This document shows positions 15,959 through 24,690 of a stretch of 50,976 nucleotides of DNA, one piece after another. The stretch covers positions 1 to 50,976 of the IMG/VR virus record IMGVR_UViG_3300033149_003293. One strand, given 5' to 3'. The stretch is from a virus (lineage: Duplodnaviria; Caudoviricetes). A program made the translations under genes and the position numbers. The notes under the pieces are model-generated. The model did not search any database and had not been told where the DNA came from. It saw only the letters and a list, made by a program, of their open reading frames with translations. Numbering within the stretch: the first letter of the stretch is position 1; the number at the start of each line of letters is the position of its first letter.

Positions 15959-16561
15959 ATGAATGACATAAGGGTTGCTGGAAAGAGAGACATTATTCCT
16001 AGTGGGTTTTTAGTTATTGATGTTACATCTACCTCGCCGTTTTTGGGTCGGGAGTTGAGTCCGTTTCTTTTAGGGCCGGTTCCTTTGTATTGGGGGATGG
16101 TATCTAAGAATGTTGAAAATGCATGGCAGTATGCGAAGGTATATCAGCAGTTTGTGAATAGGTATGGGAATCCTTCTCGTGGGTATTGGGAGTGGGCTAG
16201 GGATGGATGGAAATCCAAGTGGGCAACGAGGTATCCGATGGGGAAGGGTACTGTTCCGTTGTATAGTTTTTGGGCTGGAGAGAAGTTGGGTTACATTGAG
16301 GCGAGGCGTAGGATATATATTCAGTTATATTGGTATCAGGCACTTGGGACTGATGCTTTTTGGTGGTTGGTGGATTCGGCCATTGATAATAATATATGTT
16401 TAGTTGATTTTGATGGTTATGATCATGTTGAGTTGGGCATGTCACTTGAGGATGTGATAGAGTGTGAGAGTCGCAAAATGGGACATGCTTTTGTTTTAGC
16501 GATGATGCTGACCGAATACCTTGGAGGAAGAAATGGAGGAAAAAATGAATATGCCGGATAG
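15959..16561 (+). CDS. NADAR-superfamily-like (DUF6939-type) protein
   Basis: DVTS, LSPF, VENAWQYAKVY, LGYIEARRRIY, LVDFD, GHAFVL motifs. Confidence 0.65.
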   Translation: MNDIRVAGKRDIIPSGFLVIDVTSTSPFLGRELSPFLLGPVPLYWGMVSKNVENAWQYAKVYQQFVNRYGNPSRGYWEWARDGWKSKWATRYPMGKGTVPLYSFWAGEKLGYIEARRRIYIQLYWYQALGTDAFWWLVDSAIDNNICLVDFDGYDHVELGMSLEDVIECESRKMGHAFVLAMMLTEYLGGRNGGKNEYAG

Positions 16562-16781
16562 GGAGAAATGGTGGTCTGAGATTGATTTAGAGGAGAAGAC
16601 TGCCAGGTTGAGGCGTCGGGTTAAACAGATTGAGGAGGATTTGAGGGGTTTAAGGGATAACATGTGGCGGTTGGGAGAGCATACACATGGAAATGGTGGG
16701 GTACTCGTTCCGATGGATACTTATTCAACATCCATGGGGCTTATTGATGAGGGTGAGATTGATGATGATGTGTATTTTTGA
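16545..16781 (+). CDS. Coiled-coil hypothetical protein
   Basis: GGAGG SD; coiled coil followed by HTH residues. Confidence 0.7.
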   Translation: MNMPDREKWWSEIDLEEKTARLRRRVKQIEEDLRGLRDNMWRLGEHTHGNGGVLVPMDTYSTSMGLIDEGEIDDDVYF

Positions 16782-16847
16782 CATGTGCTACCCCCCGATT
16801 TTTTAGGGGAATATGATTTAGGAGGACATGATTGGAGTTAGGTATGA

Positions 16848-17306
16848 ATGGAGCAAGGAATGAATGGTGAGGCATTTGAGCTAGAGTTCAATCATACGGT
16901 TGATACTGTTGGTTCGAAGGCTAAGGGATGGCTTGTGAACTACCTCAGCAATACTCAGGATGCTGAGGATGTGTATAGTGAGGCTGTTAAAGATTTGTGG
17001 AAGTGGGGTAAGGATTTTGATGGTGACTCCTCTCTTGCAACGCCTTTTTTCAGGATAGTGAGGAGGCGGGCTGCTGATTTCATGAGGTGGAAATATCGGT
17101 GGGGGCAGATGAGGTGTGATGAGTTTGTTATTCCGTATTTTATGGCACAGAGGTCGTTCAGGATTAATATGCTTCTACACCCGCTGTGGAGGCATCAGTT
17201 GGATGGCGATCAGGTTAGTTTACTTGAGGCCATAAAAAAGACATTGAGAGAAGAAACATTAAGAGAAGAAACACTAGGAGGAGATAATGGCACAGGATTC
17301 GTGTAG
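16848..17306 (+). CDS. ECF-type sigma factor region 2 protein (region 4 truncated or absent)
   Basis: DAEDVYSEAVKDLWK..FDGDSSL...FRIVRRRAADFMR. Confidence 0.75.
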   Translation: MEQGMNGEAFELEFNHTVDTVGSKAKGWLVNYLSNTQDAEDVYSEAVKDLWKWGKDFDGDSSLATPFFRIVRRRAADFMRWKYRWGQMRCDEFVIPYFMAQRSFRINMLLHPLWRHQLDGDQVSLLEAIKKTLREETLREETLGGDNGTGFV

Positions 17307-17616
17307 TATTGCAATTACGGTATTGGCGACGGCAGGGCTTAGAATTGTACCCGCTACTGAGTCGCTTGCGATACGTGTTGGCGATACTGGGTATTTGTCT
17401 GTTGGGGTAGAGCCTGTTGGTGAGTTTGTAGGTGAGGTCACATTTGAGTTCACCTGTAGTCCACAGCTTCAGGTTAGTTTTTCTGCTCCGAATGTTGTTC
17501 ATTTGGATGGGGTAGAGACTAAAGGAACCTGCCTGGACATATACGTTCCAGAGGGTGAGGAACCAGGGGAGTATGGGGTCGAGATCATCGTGTCTGGTGA
17601 CCATACGGGTACGTAG
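17287..17616 (+). CDS. Stand-alone Ig-like beta-sandwich protein
   Basis: All-beta pattern ending IYVPEGEEPGEYGVEIIVS. Confidence 0.55.
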   Translation: MAQDSCSIAITVLATAGLRIVPATESLAIRVGDTGYLSVGVEPVGEFVGEVTFEFTCSPQLQVSFSAPNVVHLDGVETKGTCLDIYVPEGEEPGEYGVEIIVSGDHTGT

Positions 17617-17708
17617 GAAGACCGCTTGGTACAGGGCGTGGCAGTTTCTTCTGAGGGTTCTACTGAGGGTATTTGGTATTCTGTGGAGGTTGGTCGGGGG
17701 TAGACTAG

Positions 17709-18065
17709 ATGAGGACAATGAAAAAGAAAAAGCCTAAGAAACCCCAAAAAAAGGGTGTAGAGTTACAGACAAGGAAGTATTTGGGTATTCTGGTAAATTC
17801 GAGGTTCTTTAATGCTTTTTGTAAAAAGGGTGTTTTCATGATTGAAAAATCTCCGATTCCAGATGATGCTAAATATATCCATTCATTTTTAGACCCATGC
17901 AGAGATGGGGTTGTTATTGTATTTGAGCATGATAGTTTCAGGGAATTAAACGAGGGGGAGTATGTTCCAATTAGTACAGATGTTCGAATAACAAGGCTTT
18001 ATGAGTTAGAATACGAATTAGAAAGGGTGTGGAATAAATATGAAAAACCAGAAAGTATATTGTAA
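17709..18065 (+). CDS. Hypothetical protein
   Basis: IPDDAK...FEHDSF..L.EG motif. Confidence 0.7.
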   Translation: MRTMKKKKPKKPQKKGVELQTRKYLGILVNSRFFNAFCKKGVFMIEKSPIPDDAKYIHSFLDPCRDGVVIVFEHDSFRELNEGEYVPISTDVRITRLYELEYELERVWNKYEKPESIL

Positions 18066-18237
18066 TGATTGTGAGTATATGCGGACTGAATTATTGGGTT
18101 TATGTGAGGGTGCGAATTATTGGTGTGGGATATTTGATGAGAAGAAGGATAATTGGTGGGGTGTTAGCATAGTCCATAAGATTAAGTGTAAAAAGCAGAA
18201 CAAGAACAATGACTGCATTTTCTTTTCACACAGATGA
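18040..18237 (+). CDS. Small Cys-rich protein
   Basis: CNDC...C...C..QNKNNDC. Confidence 0.7.
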   Translation: MKNQKVYCNDCEYMRTELLGLCEGANYWCGIFDEKKDNWWGVSIVHKIKCKKQNKNNDCIFFSHR

Positions 18238-18827
18238 CAGAGAACATGAAAATATTGGCAATAGTCACCAGGGTACATCCTCAGCGACCGAATATGCTCA
18301 GGCGATGTGAGGAATCCGTACGGGCACAGATCGGCAATAATTACGTGCATATTTTACTCAGGGATGATAAGACAGAACGTGGGTATGGAATACACAATGC
18401 CAATCAGTCTTTTGTGAGGCTGCGGGAAATTCCTGCACGCTACGTGATGGTGTTGGATGATGACGACATGCTGATTGATGATAGATTTGTTGAGGATTTC
18501 AGTGGGGTTTTAGGAATAAAATATCCACCGATAGTTTTTTTAAAAGGGATAGTCCACAAGCTTGGTGTACTACCACGTCAGGAATATTGGGAAAAACCGC
18601 CTGTATACGGACAGATAGCCTCGTTTTGTTTTGCTGTACGTCAAGATGTTTGGTTTCGGCATATTCAGGCTTTTGGTGATAAAAAGCAAGGTGGTGACTA
18701 TTGTTTTATCAGGGCTTGTTACGATAATACAAATCCGCAGCACCATTTGTGGTGGGATCGGATTGTAGCCAGGACACAGGCGGGGCCAGGTAGGTCAAAA
18801 GGGGAAAAACAAATAAGGGAGAAATAA
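18234..18827 (+). CDS. Glycosyltransferase, GT-A fold (family 2-like)
   Basis: R.NML.RC..SV.AQ, YVMVLDDDD (DxD), GGDYCF. Confidence 0.85.
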   Translation: MTENMKILAIVTRVHPQRPNMLRRCEESVRAQIGNNYVHILLRDDKTERGYGIHNANQSFVRLREIPARYVMVLDDDDMLIDDRFVEDFSGVLGIKYPPIVFLKGIVHKLGVLPRQEYWEKPPVYGQIASFCFAVRQDVWFRHIQAFGDKKQGGDYCFIRACYDNTNPQHHLWWDRIVARTQAGPGRSKGEKQIREK

Positions 18828-19076
18828 ATGATTCGGTTCATCAATTTAGGGAACCAGATATATCCATTGTCGAAACCCAATGAAGACCACATGTTTGCAT
18901 GGTGGAATACCGTTGTCGACAAGTTTGAAACATATAATCAGACACAGGCATGGGAAACATGGGAAGAATTTGTAGATGATTTCTGTCAGGATATGGGGGT
19001 CTTTTCTGAAAATATCGATATATGTAAACGATACAAGAGTTTGTTCCCAGATTATTGGCGTAAAAAAGGGAGATAG
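18828..19076 (+). CDS. Hypothetical protein
   Basis: Abutting ORF with SD. Confidence 0.7.
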   Translation: MIRFINLGNQIYPLSKPNEDHMFAWWNTVVDKFETYNQTQAWETWEEFVDDFCQDMGVFSENIDICKRYKSLFPDYWRKKGR

Positions 19077-19077
19077 T

Positions 19078-19311
19078 ATGTGTTGGATTAGTTTCATAGA
19101 GGAGTATTGGCCTGGGCAGAAGCCTGGTACTACCATCGGGCGTATAGAGGTCTATCGTGATGGTGAGTATGCCTCAGAGGAGATTCCGTGGGCGACGGGT
19201 AGGGTAGAGAGGTTTTCTGCTTTTAGAGATAGATGGGATTTCAGGGATATTACAGCATACCATCTGGAGTGGCTTCGGGGGTATGTAGAGAGTGAGTTTC
19301 TTGGTAGTTAA
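19078..19311 (+). CDS. Hypothetical protein (start re-called)
   Basis: GGGAG SD before ATG 19078. Confidence 0.65.
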   Translation: MCWISFIEEYWPGQKPGTTIGRIEVYRDGEYASEEIPWATGRVERFSAFRDRWDFRDITAYHLEWLRGYVESEFLGS

Positions 19312-19369
19312 TTTCTTGGGAGATAGTTTCTTGGCAGTTGAAATATTGGCAAGTAAAATTTTGGGAGGT
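19295..19369. repeat. Five degenerate 15-bp tandem repeats
   Basis: AGTTTCTTGGYAGTT-like units. Confidence 0.75.
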
Positions 19370-19374
19370 AGGAA

Positions 19375-19641
19375 ATGAAAGACATACGAAGAATTACAAT
19401 TGAGGGTGTGGCAAATGGCATTGAGGTTAAGATTGGTTGCAAAACGTTTGTTTATGAACAAGAGAATTTATCCCGATTTATAACCGATCTGAAGTCTTAT
19501 CTTAATGATCCCCAAAAGACCACAAAAGTGCTTGAGCAGAGATGGGACATAAAACTTGAGGAACCAGAAGCAGCACCTGACCCAGAAGTGGCAACTTTCG
19601 AGGGTTTATCAGAGAATCCGGTGGTAAGAAATGAGTATTAA
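19375..19641 (+). CDS. Hypothetical protein
   Basis: GGAGGT SD. Confidence 0.75.
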   Translation: MKDIRRITIEGVANGIEVKIGCKTFVYEQENLSRFITDLKSYLNDPQKTTKVLEQRWDIKLEEPEAAPDPEVATFEGLSENPVVRNEY

Positions 19642-19816
19642 AACACCACGCAGGATACTGTACGTGCCGGTAGAGAAAATGGCGGTAGGTGATTCGGACA
19701 ATACTCTTAATTTCGGCACACTTGTATATAGAGAGGGTAGTAGACTACACCCGTGGACTATTGCATGTAAGAAGCCCATAGCGGGTTTCGCAGTAGGACG
19801 CCTTCGGGAGGAGTAG
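19631..19816 (+). CDS. Hypothetical protein
   Basis: Overlapping coupled ORF. Confidence 0.6.
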   Translation: MSIKTPRRILYVPVEKMAVGDSDNTLNFGTLVYREGSRLHPWTIACKKPIAGFAVGRLREE

Positions 19817-19817
19817 A

Positions 19818-20081
19818 ATGGAAAGCTATGAGGATTTAAAAAACCTGCCATTAAAGGAACAGGTTGAAATAATGTTGAAATATTATAAAAATAGAATACA
19901 GCCGCGGCTTAAAAGTACGGCAAGGGGTGTAAGCCTATTAAAAAAGGAACCATCTGGAGAAGAAGAAATTAATTATTTGTATTGGATGTATCATGGTGAG
20001 CATACTATTTTAAAGCAAGAGTGGCATTTTTTTGAGATGTATCTACGGCCGTTTCTTGAGAATATTATTTCAGGGGAGTAA
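19818..20081 (+). CDS. Hypothetical protein
   Basis: GGAGG SD. Confidence 0.7.
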   Translation: MESYEDLKNLPLKEQVEIMLKYYKNRIQPRLKSTARGVSLLKKEPSGEEEINYLYWMYHGEHTILKQEWHFFEMYLRPFLENIISGE

Positions 20082-20145
20082 TAATTGTTTTCCCAACATA
20101 TGCATAATATACCATGATAGTGTAGATATTGCATAACACAAGTAG

Positions 20146-20193
20146 GACTTGACAGTGAGCAAGACTTGACAAACCAGAAACATCCTGTATACT
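20146..20193 (+). promoter_or_regulatory. Sigma70-type promoter with a duplicated -35 box
   Basis: GACTTGACA at 20146 and 20163; TTGACA-16 bp-TATACT. Confidence 0.6.
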
Positions 20194-20221
20194 AAAGATA
20201 GGAGAGAGTGATTTACAAGAA

Positions 20222-20452
20222 GTGTCCACATCAGAGGAGATTCAAGAAATATTTGAACAGGAAATAGCTAGTAAGACACGGCAGGTTTCGAGCAAATTCG
20301 GTTCTTCTCCGTTTTATGACTATTTCACTGATTTTAAAATCAAGCGTACTTTGGATGGTGTAGTATCATCTGAGGACGAGGACTTGCTGGAGCGTTTATA
20401 TAATCGCATCCTTGAGGATTCTGACAAGAATGAGCGTAGGAGGGGGGAATGA
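20222..20452 (+). CDS. Hypothetical protein
   Basis: 76-aa ORF; start uncertain. Confidence 0.55.
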   Translation: MSTSEEIQEIFEQEIASKTRQVSSKFGSSPFYDYFTDFKIKRTLDGVVSSEDEDLLERLYNRILEDSDKNERRRGE

Positions 20453-20467
20453 ACACAGCAGGGGAAA

Positions 20468-20734
20468 ATGTCTAGACTAGACCAGTATTGGCATGAGGGC
20501 TATGATTCCACGGGTGGTTCTCGTTGGATTAAGCCATGCCTGAGGAGCTTCCCAGATTATTCAGCTTGCCCAGATTATGATTACACGGTTTCTTATTGGC
20601 CGTGTGGAGTAAGAAATAAGAAAGAAGAGGCGTTTGAGATATTAAAGGTTTTGGTTGAGGAAAAGTTGGTTAAAGAGCCGACCACGTTCAAGAAGTTTTG
20701 TGACCTTATTGAGAAGATAGCTGAGACGATTTAG
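20468..20734 (+). CDS. Hypothetical protein
   Basis: 88-aa ORF with SD. Confidence 0.7.
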   Translation: MSRLDQYWHEGYDSTGGSRWIKPCLRSFPDYSACPDYDYTVSYWPCGVRNKKEEAFEILKVLVEEKLVKEPTTFKKFCDLIEKIAETI

Positions 20735-20754
20735 ACGTCAGTAAGGGGGGGGTA

Positions 20755-20865
20755 GTGGATTATTTAGCGATAGTATTGCAGTTTAAGTGTGATATAAAGT
20801 GGTTATTTGCGGTATTCGGTATCCTTGTTCTACTCGCCGTTTTTAGACAGATACGCAGAAGATAA
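20755..20865 (+). CDS. Small membrane peptide, 36 aa
   Basis: MDYLAIVLQFKCDIKWLFAVFGILVLLAVFRQIRRR; G-rich SD. Confidence 0.55.
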   Translation: MDYLAIVLQFKCDIKWLFAVFGILVLLAVFRQIRRR

Positions 20866-20919
20866 GGTCTCGGTAGAGGCCATGTGTATAAATTTGGCTC
20901 CCGTGTTTCGGGGGGTGGG

Positions 20920-21120
20920 ATGATAGACATTATAGTAATCAGGGGAAAGATGTCTAAAAGTAAAAGAAAGTCTGTTTATTGGACTGATTGGGAGCCAGGC
21001 ATAAAACCAGGAGAGGGCACAAATAAAGATTTATTTAAAGTGATGTGTCCTCCACGGTGGATGGAGCAAGCCGTAGAAGGTGGTAAACACAGGCTAAAGG
21101 AATTGGGGCTTAGTAAATAA
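20920..21120 (+). CDS. Hypothetical protein
   Basis: Start at 20920 or 20950. Confidence 0.6.
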   Translation: MIDIIVIRGKMSKSKRKSVYWTDWEPGIKPGEGTNKDLFKVMCPPRWMEQAVEGGKHRLKELGLSK

Positions 21121-21121
21121 T

Positions 21122-21259
21122 TTGCCAAAAGCACTTCATAGACAGTTAGCAAAGTCAGCACGAAAAAAAGGACTCAAGGGCAAGCGAGCTAAACGCTATA
21201 TTTATGGAAGCCTCAGGAAAACTGGGTGGGAACCTAAAAAAAGGGGGAAGAAAAAATAG
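21122..21259 (+). CDS. Small very basic protein, 45 aa (not in ORF track)
   Basis: MPKALHRQLAKSARKKGLKGKRAKRYIYGSLRKTGWEPKKRGKKK; TTG start. Confidence 0.75.
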   Translation: MPKALHRQLAKSARKKGLKGKRAKRYIYGSLRKTGWEPKKRGKKK

Positions 21260-21268
21260 GGGGCTGTC

Positions 21269-21628
21269 ATTAAAGGCAAAAAGCAAGTAACTTGGGTTTA
21301 TAGCAAAAAGATTTGGTGTTACTCCCGTTATGACCGTCGTTTTATTTGGAGTAGGAAAAAGGATAACAAAGCAATAGAGATTCAGTTCCCAAGTTCCTCC
21401 TTGAAACCAAAAAAATATATGTATGAGGATATTTGTTCTGAACCTCGCAATGATTCGTTTGAATATGGTTATTGGAAACATACTATTGTAAATTTTTTGT
21501 GGTTTATGGTTACTATTTCAAAATTTCAAAAAGGTGAACGAATGTTTCATTGGCAATCACACGAGGCAAACAGAAGAAATATGAAGGGTCTTAAATTAAG
21601 TGATATTAGAAAAACACATAAACCATAG
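21269..21628 (+). CDS. Hypothetical protein, start uncertain (possible ATT start)
   Basis: Frame open from 21260; the track's TTG at 21401 has no SD. Confidence 0.5.
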   Translation: MKGKKQVTWVYSKKIWCYSRYDRRFIWSRKKDNKAIEIQFPSSSLKPKKYMYEDICSEPRNDSFEYGYWKHTIVNFLWFMVTISKFQKGERMFHWQSHEANRRNMKGLKLSDIRKTHKP

Positions 21629-21645
21629 AGATATATGAGACGATA

Positions 21646-23604
21646 ATGCCAGATACTACATTTTCACAGACTAAAACAGATACAGAGCCGTGGGCGGGCG
21701 GTAGTACCGTCAATCTTAAAAAGAAAATCCGTGGTAAGGGAGTACTAAAAGACGTACTCGCTGGTGATATAAGACATATCCTGAACAGAGAACTCCAGAA
21801 TCAGGCTAAACTTATCAAGAAGCTTGAGGTATGGAACAGGCAGTATAGGGGTAAAAAGAAGCCTAAATCCTACCCCCACGAGGGGTGTAGCAATTTAGCG
21901 ATTCCACTCACCCGCTGGCTCACAGATACGGTTCTTGTGCGTGTTGTTGATGCAATCTTTTCTCAGGTAAAGGTTTGGGTTCTGCGTGCTCTAGAGCCCG
22001 AGTGGGTAGATGTTGTACCTGAACTTGAGGATGGTCTTGATTGGTGGCAGAAATGGATCGCCAATTTTCGCAAGACTATATTCTCACCTTTATTGCAATG
22101 TATGAAGACTGGTACTGGTGTTATTAAACTTGACTATGAGAGAAGGAAACGCACTATTGTACGTCGTGCCACGCCAGAGGAGATACGGTCGAAACAGATT
22201 AAAAAGTATCGTGCCAGTAATGGCGAGCTGCTTGTTAAAGTGCCACAGACCGTCTATGACGGGCCTGTCCTGAAAGCTATTAACAGGAAAGATTTCGTTA
22301 TATCATCTGATGCACGTACTATTCAGGATGCTTTTTTGGTTGGTTTTAAGACCAGGCTGCCGAAGCCGGTGGTAGAGATGAGGAAACGGACGAAGTTCTA
22401 TACGCTGACAGCAGATGAGTTAGATACTTTACTTATCGGTGACGAGTTGGATGAAACGGAAGTTAAGAGGATTGAGGATGCTAACAAGGAGTACCAGGAA
22501 GAGCAGGACATGGTCGAGATTTGGGAGTTGTGGTTACGTTATGATGTGGACGGTGATGGTGAGCCTGATGATATCGTTGTCACCTACAATCAGCGGACAG
22601 GTATTATACTGAGGGCTATCTACAACCCGTTCTTTTACGGATTCCGCCCTTTCAAGGAACTGGTTTTTAATCCTGTTGAGTACAGTTTTGATGGTGAGGG
22701 GCTGTGTCAGATTCTTGAGCATCTTCAGGAGGAGATTGATACTGTCCATAATCAGCGTATTGACAGGATGAATATTATCAATGCACCGCCCATGAAACGG
22801 CGTGCAGGCTCGTTGTGTAAAAATATTGAGTATGTTAAACCTGGACAGATTGTAGATATGGATGAGATGGATGACCTTGAGGAGTTTGGGTTATCCGAAG
22901 TGTATCCGTCTACGTGGCAGGAAGAAGCCCTCATTAATCAGTATGCACAGCAGGCAGTAGGTGTTACTCAGCATGTTATGGGACAGTCTACGGCAGAGCG
23001 TCCTGTTGCCAGGGATACACTGGCACTTATCCAGGAAGCTAATAAGAAATTCAAGTTCGGTATTGACAATATCAGGCAAGACATTGAGGAAATCGGGATT
23101 ATGGTTCTTGAGATGTTTGCCCAGTTCTCACCGACTTTATCATATAAAACAGAAGAAGAGGGTGGGTTTGATACTAAAGCAGTATCATTCCCAGCAGGAT
23201 ATATACGTGATGGTGTTAAGGTTGATTTGATGGCTTCGTCCGAGGTGTTAAACACCGAGGTGAGGCGAGAGATTGATTTGACCCTATACCAATTACTTAA
23301 AGATTATTCTACATCCGTGGCAGGTGCATTGAATATGTTCCCGATGGTTAATCCTGCATTACAGTTGTTTATCATTGAGGATTTGATGATAAGCTCGACT
23401 ATCATGCGTAGGATTGTGAAAGATTTCGGCAATGTAGATGCAGAGCATCTTGTTCCAGACCCTACTAAGCATCCGATGATTAAACAATTACTGGAACAGA
23501 TAATGCAGAATCCTGGGGCATTTCAGCCCCAGATGGAAGAGGGGATGGAGAGAGGAGGAGAAACTGGACAACAGGGACAGAATATCCCGCCAGCGGTTGC
23601 TTGA
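21646..23604 (+). CDS. Portal protein
   Basis: 652 aa; GTGVIK, VEIWELW..YDVDGDG, F.GEGL, HNQRID motifs of podovirus portals; first gene of the head module. Confidence 0.9.
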   Translation: MPDTTFSQTKTDTEPWAGGSTVNLKKKIRGKGVLKDVLAGDIRHILNRELQNQAKLIKKLEVWNRQYRGKKKPKSYPHEGCSNLAIPLTRWLTDTVLVRVVDAIFSQVKVWVLRALEPEWVDVVPELEDGLDWWQKWIANFRKTIFSPLLQCMKTGTGVIKLDYERRKRTIVRRATPEEIRSKQIKKYRASNGELLVKVPQTVYDGPVLKAINRKDFVISSDARTIQDAFLVGFKTRLPKPVVEMRKRTKFYTLTADELDTLLIGDELDETEVKRIEDANKEYQEEQDMVEIWELWLRYDVDGDGEPDDIVVTYNQRTGIILRAIYNPFFYGFRPFKELVFNPVEYSFDGEGLCQILEHLQEEIDTVHNQRIDRMNIINAPPMKRRAGSLCKNIEYVKPGQIVDMDEMDDLEEFGLSEVYPSTWQEEALINQYAQQAVGVTQHVMGQSTAERPVARDTLALIQEANKKFKFGIDNIRQDIEEIGIMVLEMFAQFSPTLSYKTEEEGGFDTKAVSFPAGYIRDGVKVDLMASSEVLNTEVRREIDLTLYQLLKDYSTSVAGALNMFPMVNPALQLFIIEDLMISSTIMRRIVKDFGNVDAEHLVPDPTKHPMIKQLLEQIMQNPGAFQPQMEEGMERGGETGQQGQNIPPAVA

Positions 23605-23818
23605 GGACTACGGCAAGCTGGTAGAGAATGAGTTTTGGCACAGATTCTTGATGTTTATCAAGGAGATGTCTGAAGATGCTATGAGGCAGTGTGCCACAGA
23701 GTCATACAATGACCAGAAAATTAGATACTGGCAGGGTGCCTTTAAAGCACTTGAGCTAGTGTATAGGGAATATCCCGAACGTCTGTATGAACAGATTAAG
23801 GATGAGATAGAGGGATAA
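23597..23818 (+). CDS. Small post-portal head protein
   Basis: Position and YWQG..KAL motif. Confidence 0.7.
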   Translation: MLEDYGKLVENEFWHRFLMFIKEMSEDAMRQCATESYNDQKIRYWQGAFKALELVYREYPERLYEQIKDEIEG

Positions 23819-23827
23819 AACCAAATA

Positions 23828-23856
23828 GCGAGTATGCTACGTAGAGGTAGTCTCGC
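23828..23856 (+). promoter_or_regulatory. Hairpin abutting the scaffold SD
   Basis: GCGAG..CTAC/GTAG..CTCGC followed by AAGGAG. Confidence 0.45.
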
Positions 23857-23868
23857 AAGGAGAACAGA

Positions 23869-24690
23869 ATGAACATTAAGGGCGAGGCAAAGCCCGACGA
23901 ACCAAAGAGCACGCCTGAGGAAAAGCAGGTCTCAGAGGTTGAGGAGCCTTTCGGAGAACAGAAAGACACCCCTGATGAGTCGAAAGAAACAAAAGAAGCA
24001 AAGGAAAAGAAATCAGGGGAAGGGTCAAACGAGTTTGAAGATAAGCTCAAGAGTATGGAGTCCGAATTAGGACGATTCAGACAGGAACTAGGAGAGGAAC
24101 GTAAAAGGGTAGAGGAACTGAAGGCGTACAAGCTGTGGTACGACCAGAACGCTGCTCAGATGCAGCAACAGGTTCCACAGCAGCAGGCTCAGCAACCCAA
24201 CTATGATGAGAAATTCTTCGATAAGCCTACAGAGACTTTCGAGGAACTATCAAGACAGAGGGAAATGAGGTTACTGTACCAGTCGGCTTTTCAGCAGGCA
24301 CCCATAGCTAAGTCTATGGCGAAGATGCAGCATCCAGAGGCATTTGAGGGTATCGAGGATACCGAGCTTGAACAAGCCATGTATGGGGCAGTCCAGTCAG
24401 GGACTATGAATCCTGGCATTTTGGGCGATCCTAGTGCGTGGGTAGGGACAGCATGGATACTGCGTGGGCCTAAGACTGGATACAAAATACCTCAAGCTGG
24501 GGCAGCACCCATGAACCCCACCCAAACGGAATCACCTAGTGCGTCATCGTCTAATGAGGACGATGAAATCCCTCCATTGGAGGGTGATGCCCTTACTAGA
24601 ACATTGATTTCAAAATTGATGGAAACGGGCATAACGAAAGAACAAGCATTAAAAGAAGTACAGGCAACAAGAGAAATGGAGGGTAGATAA
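23869..24690 (+). CDS. Capsid scaffolding protein
   Basis: Acidic N-terminus, coiled coil (ELGRFRQ), position between portal and capsid genes. Confidence 0.8.
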   Translation: MNIKGEAKPDEPKSTPEEKQVSEVEEPFGEQKDTPDESKETKEAKEKKSGEGSNEFEDKLKSMESELGRFRQELGEERKRVEELKAYKLWYDQNAAQMQQQVPQQQAQQPNYDEKFFDKPTETFEELSRQREMRLLYQSAFQQAPIAKSMAKMQHPEAFEGIEDTELEQAMYGAVQSGTMNPGILGDPSAWVGTAWILRGPKTGYKIPQAGAAPMNPTQTESPSASSSNEDDEIPPLEGDALTRTLISKLMETGITKEQALKEVQATREMEGR

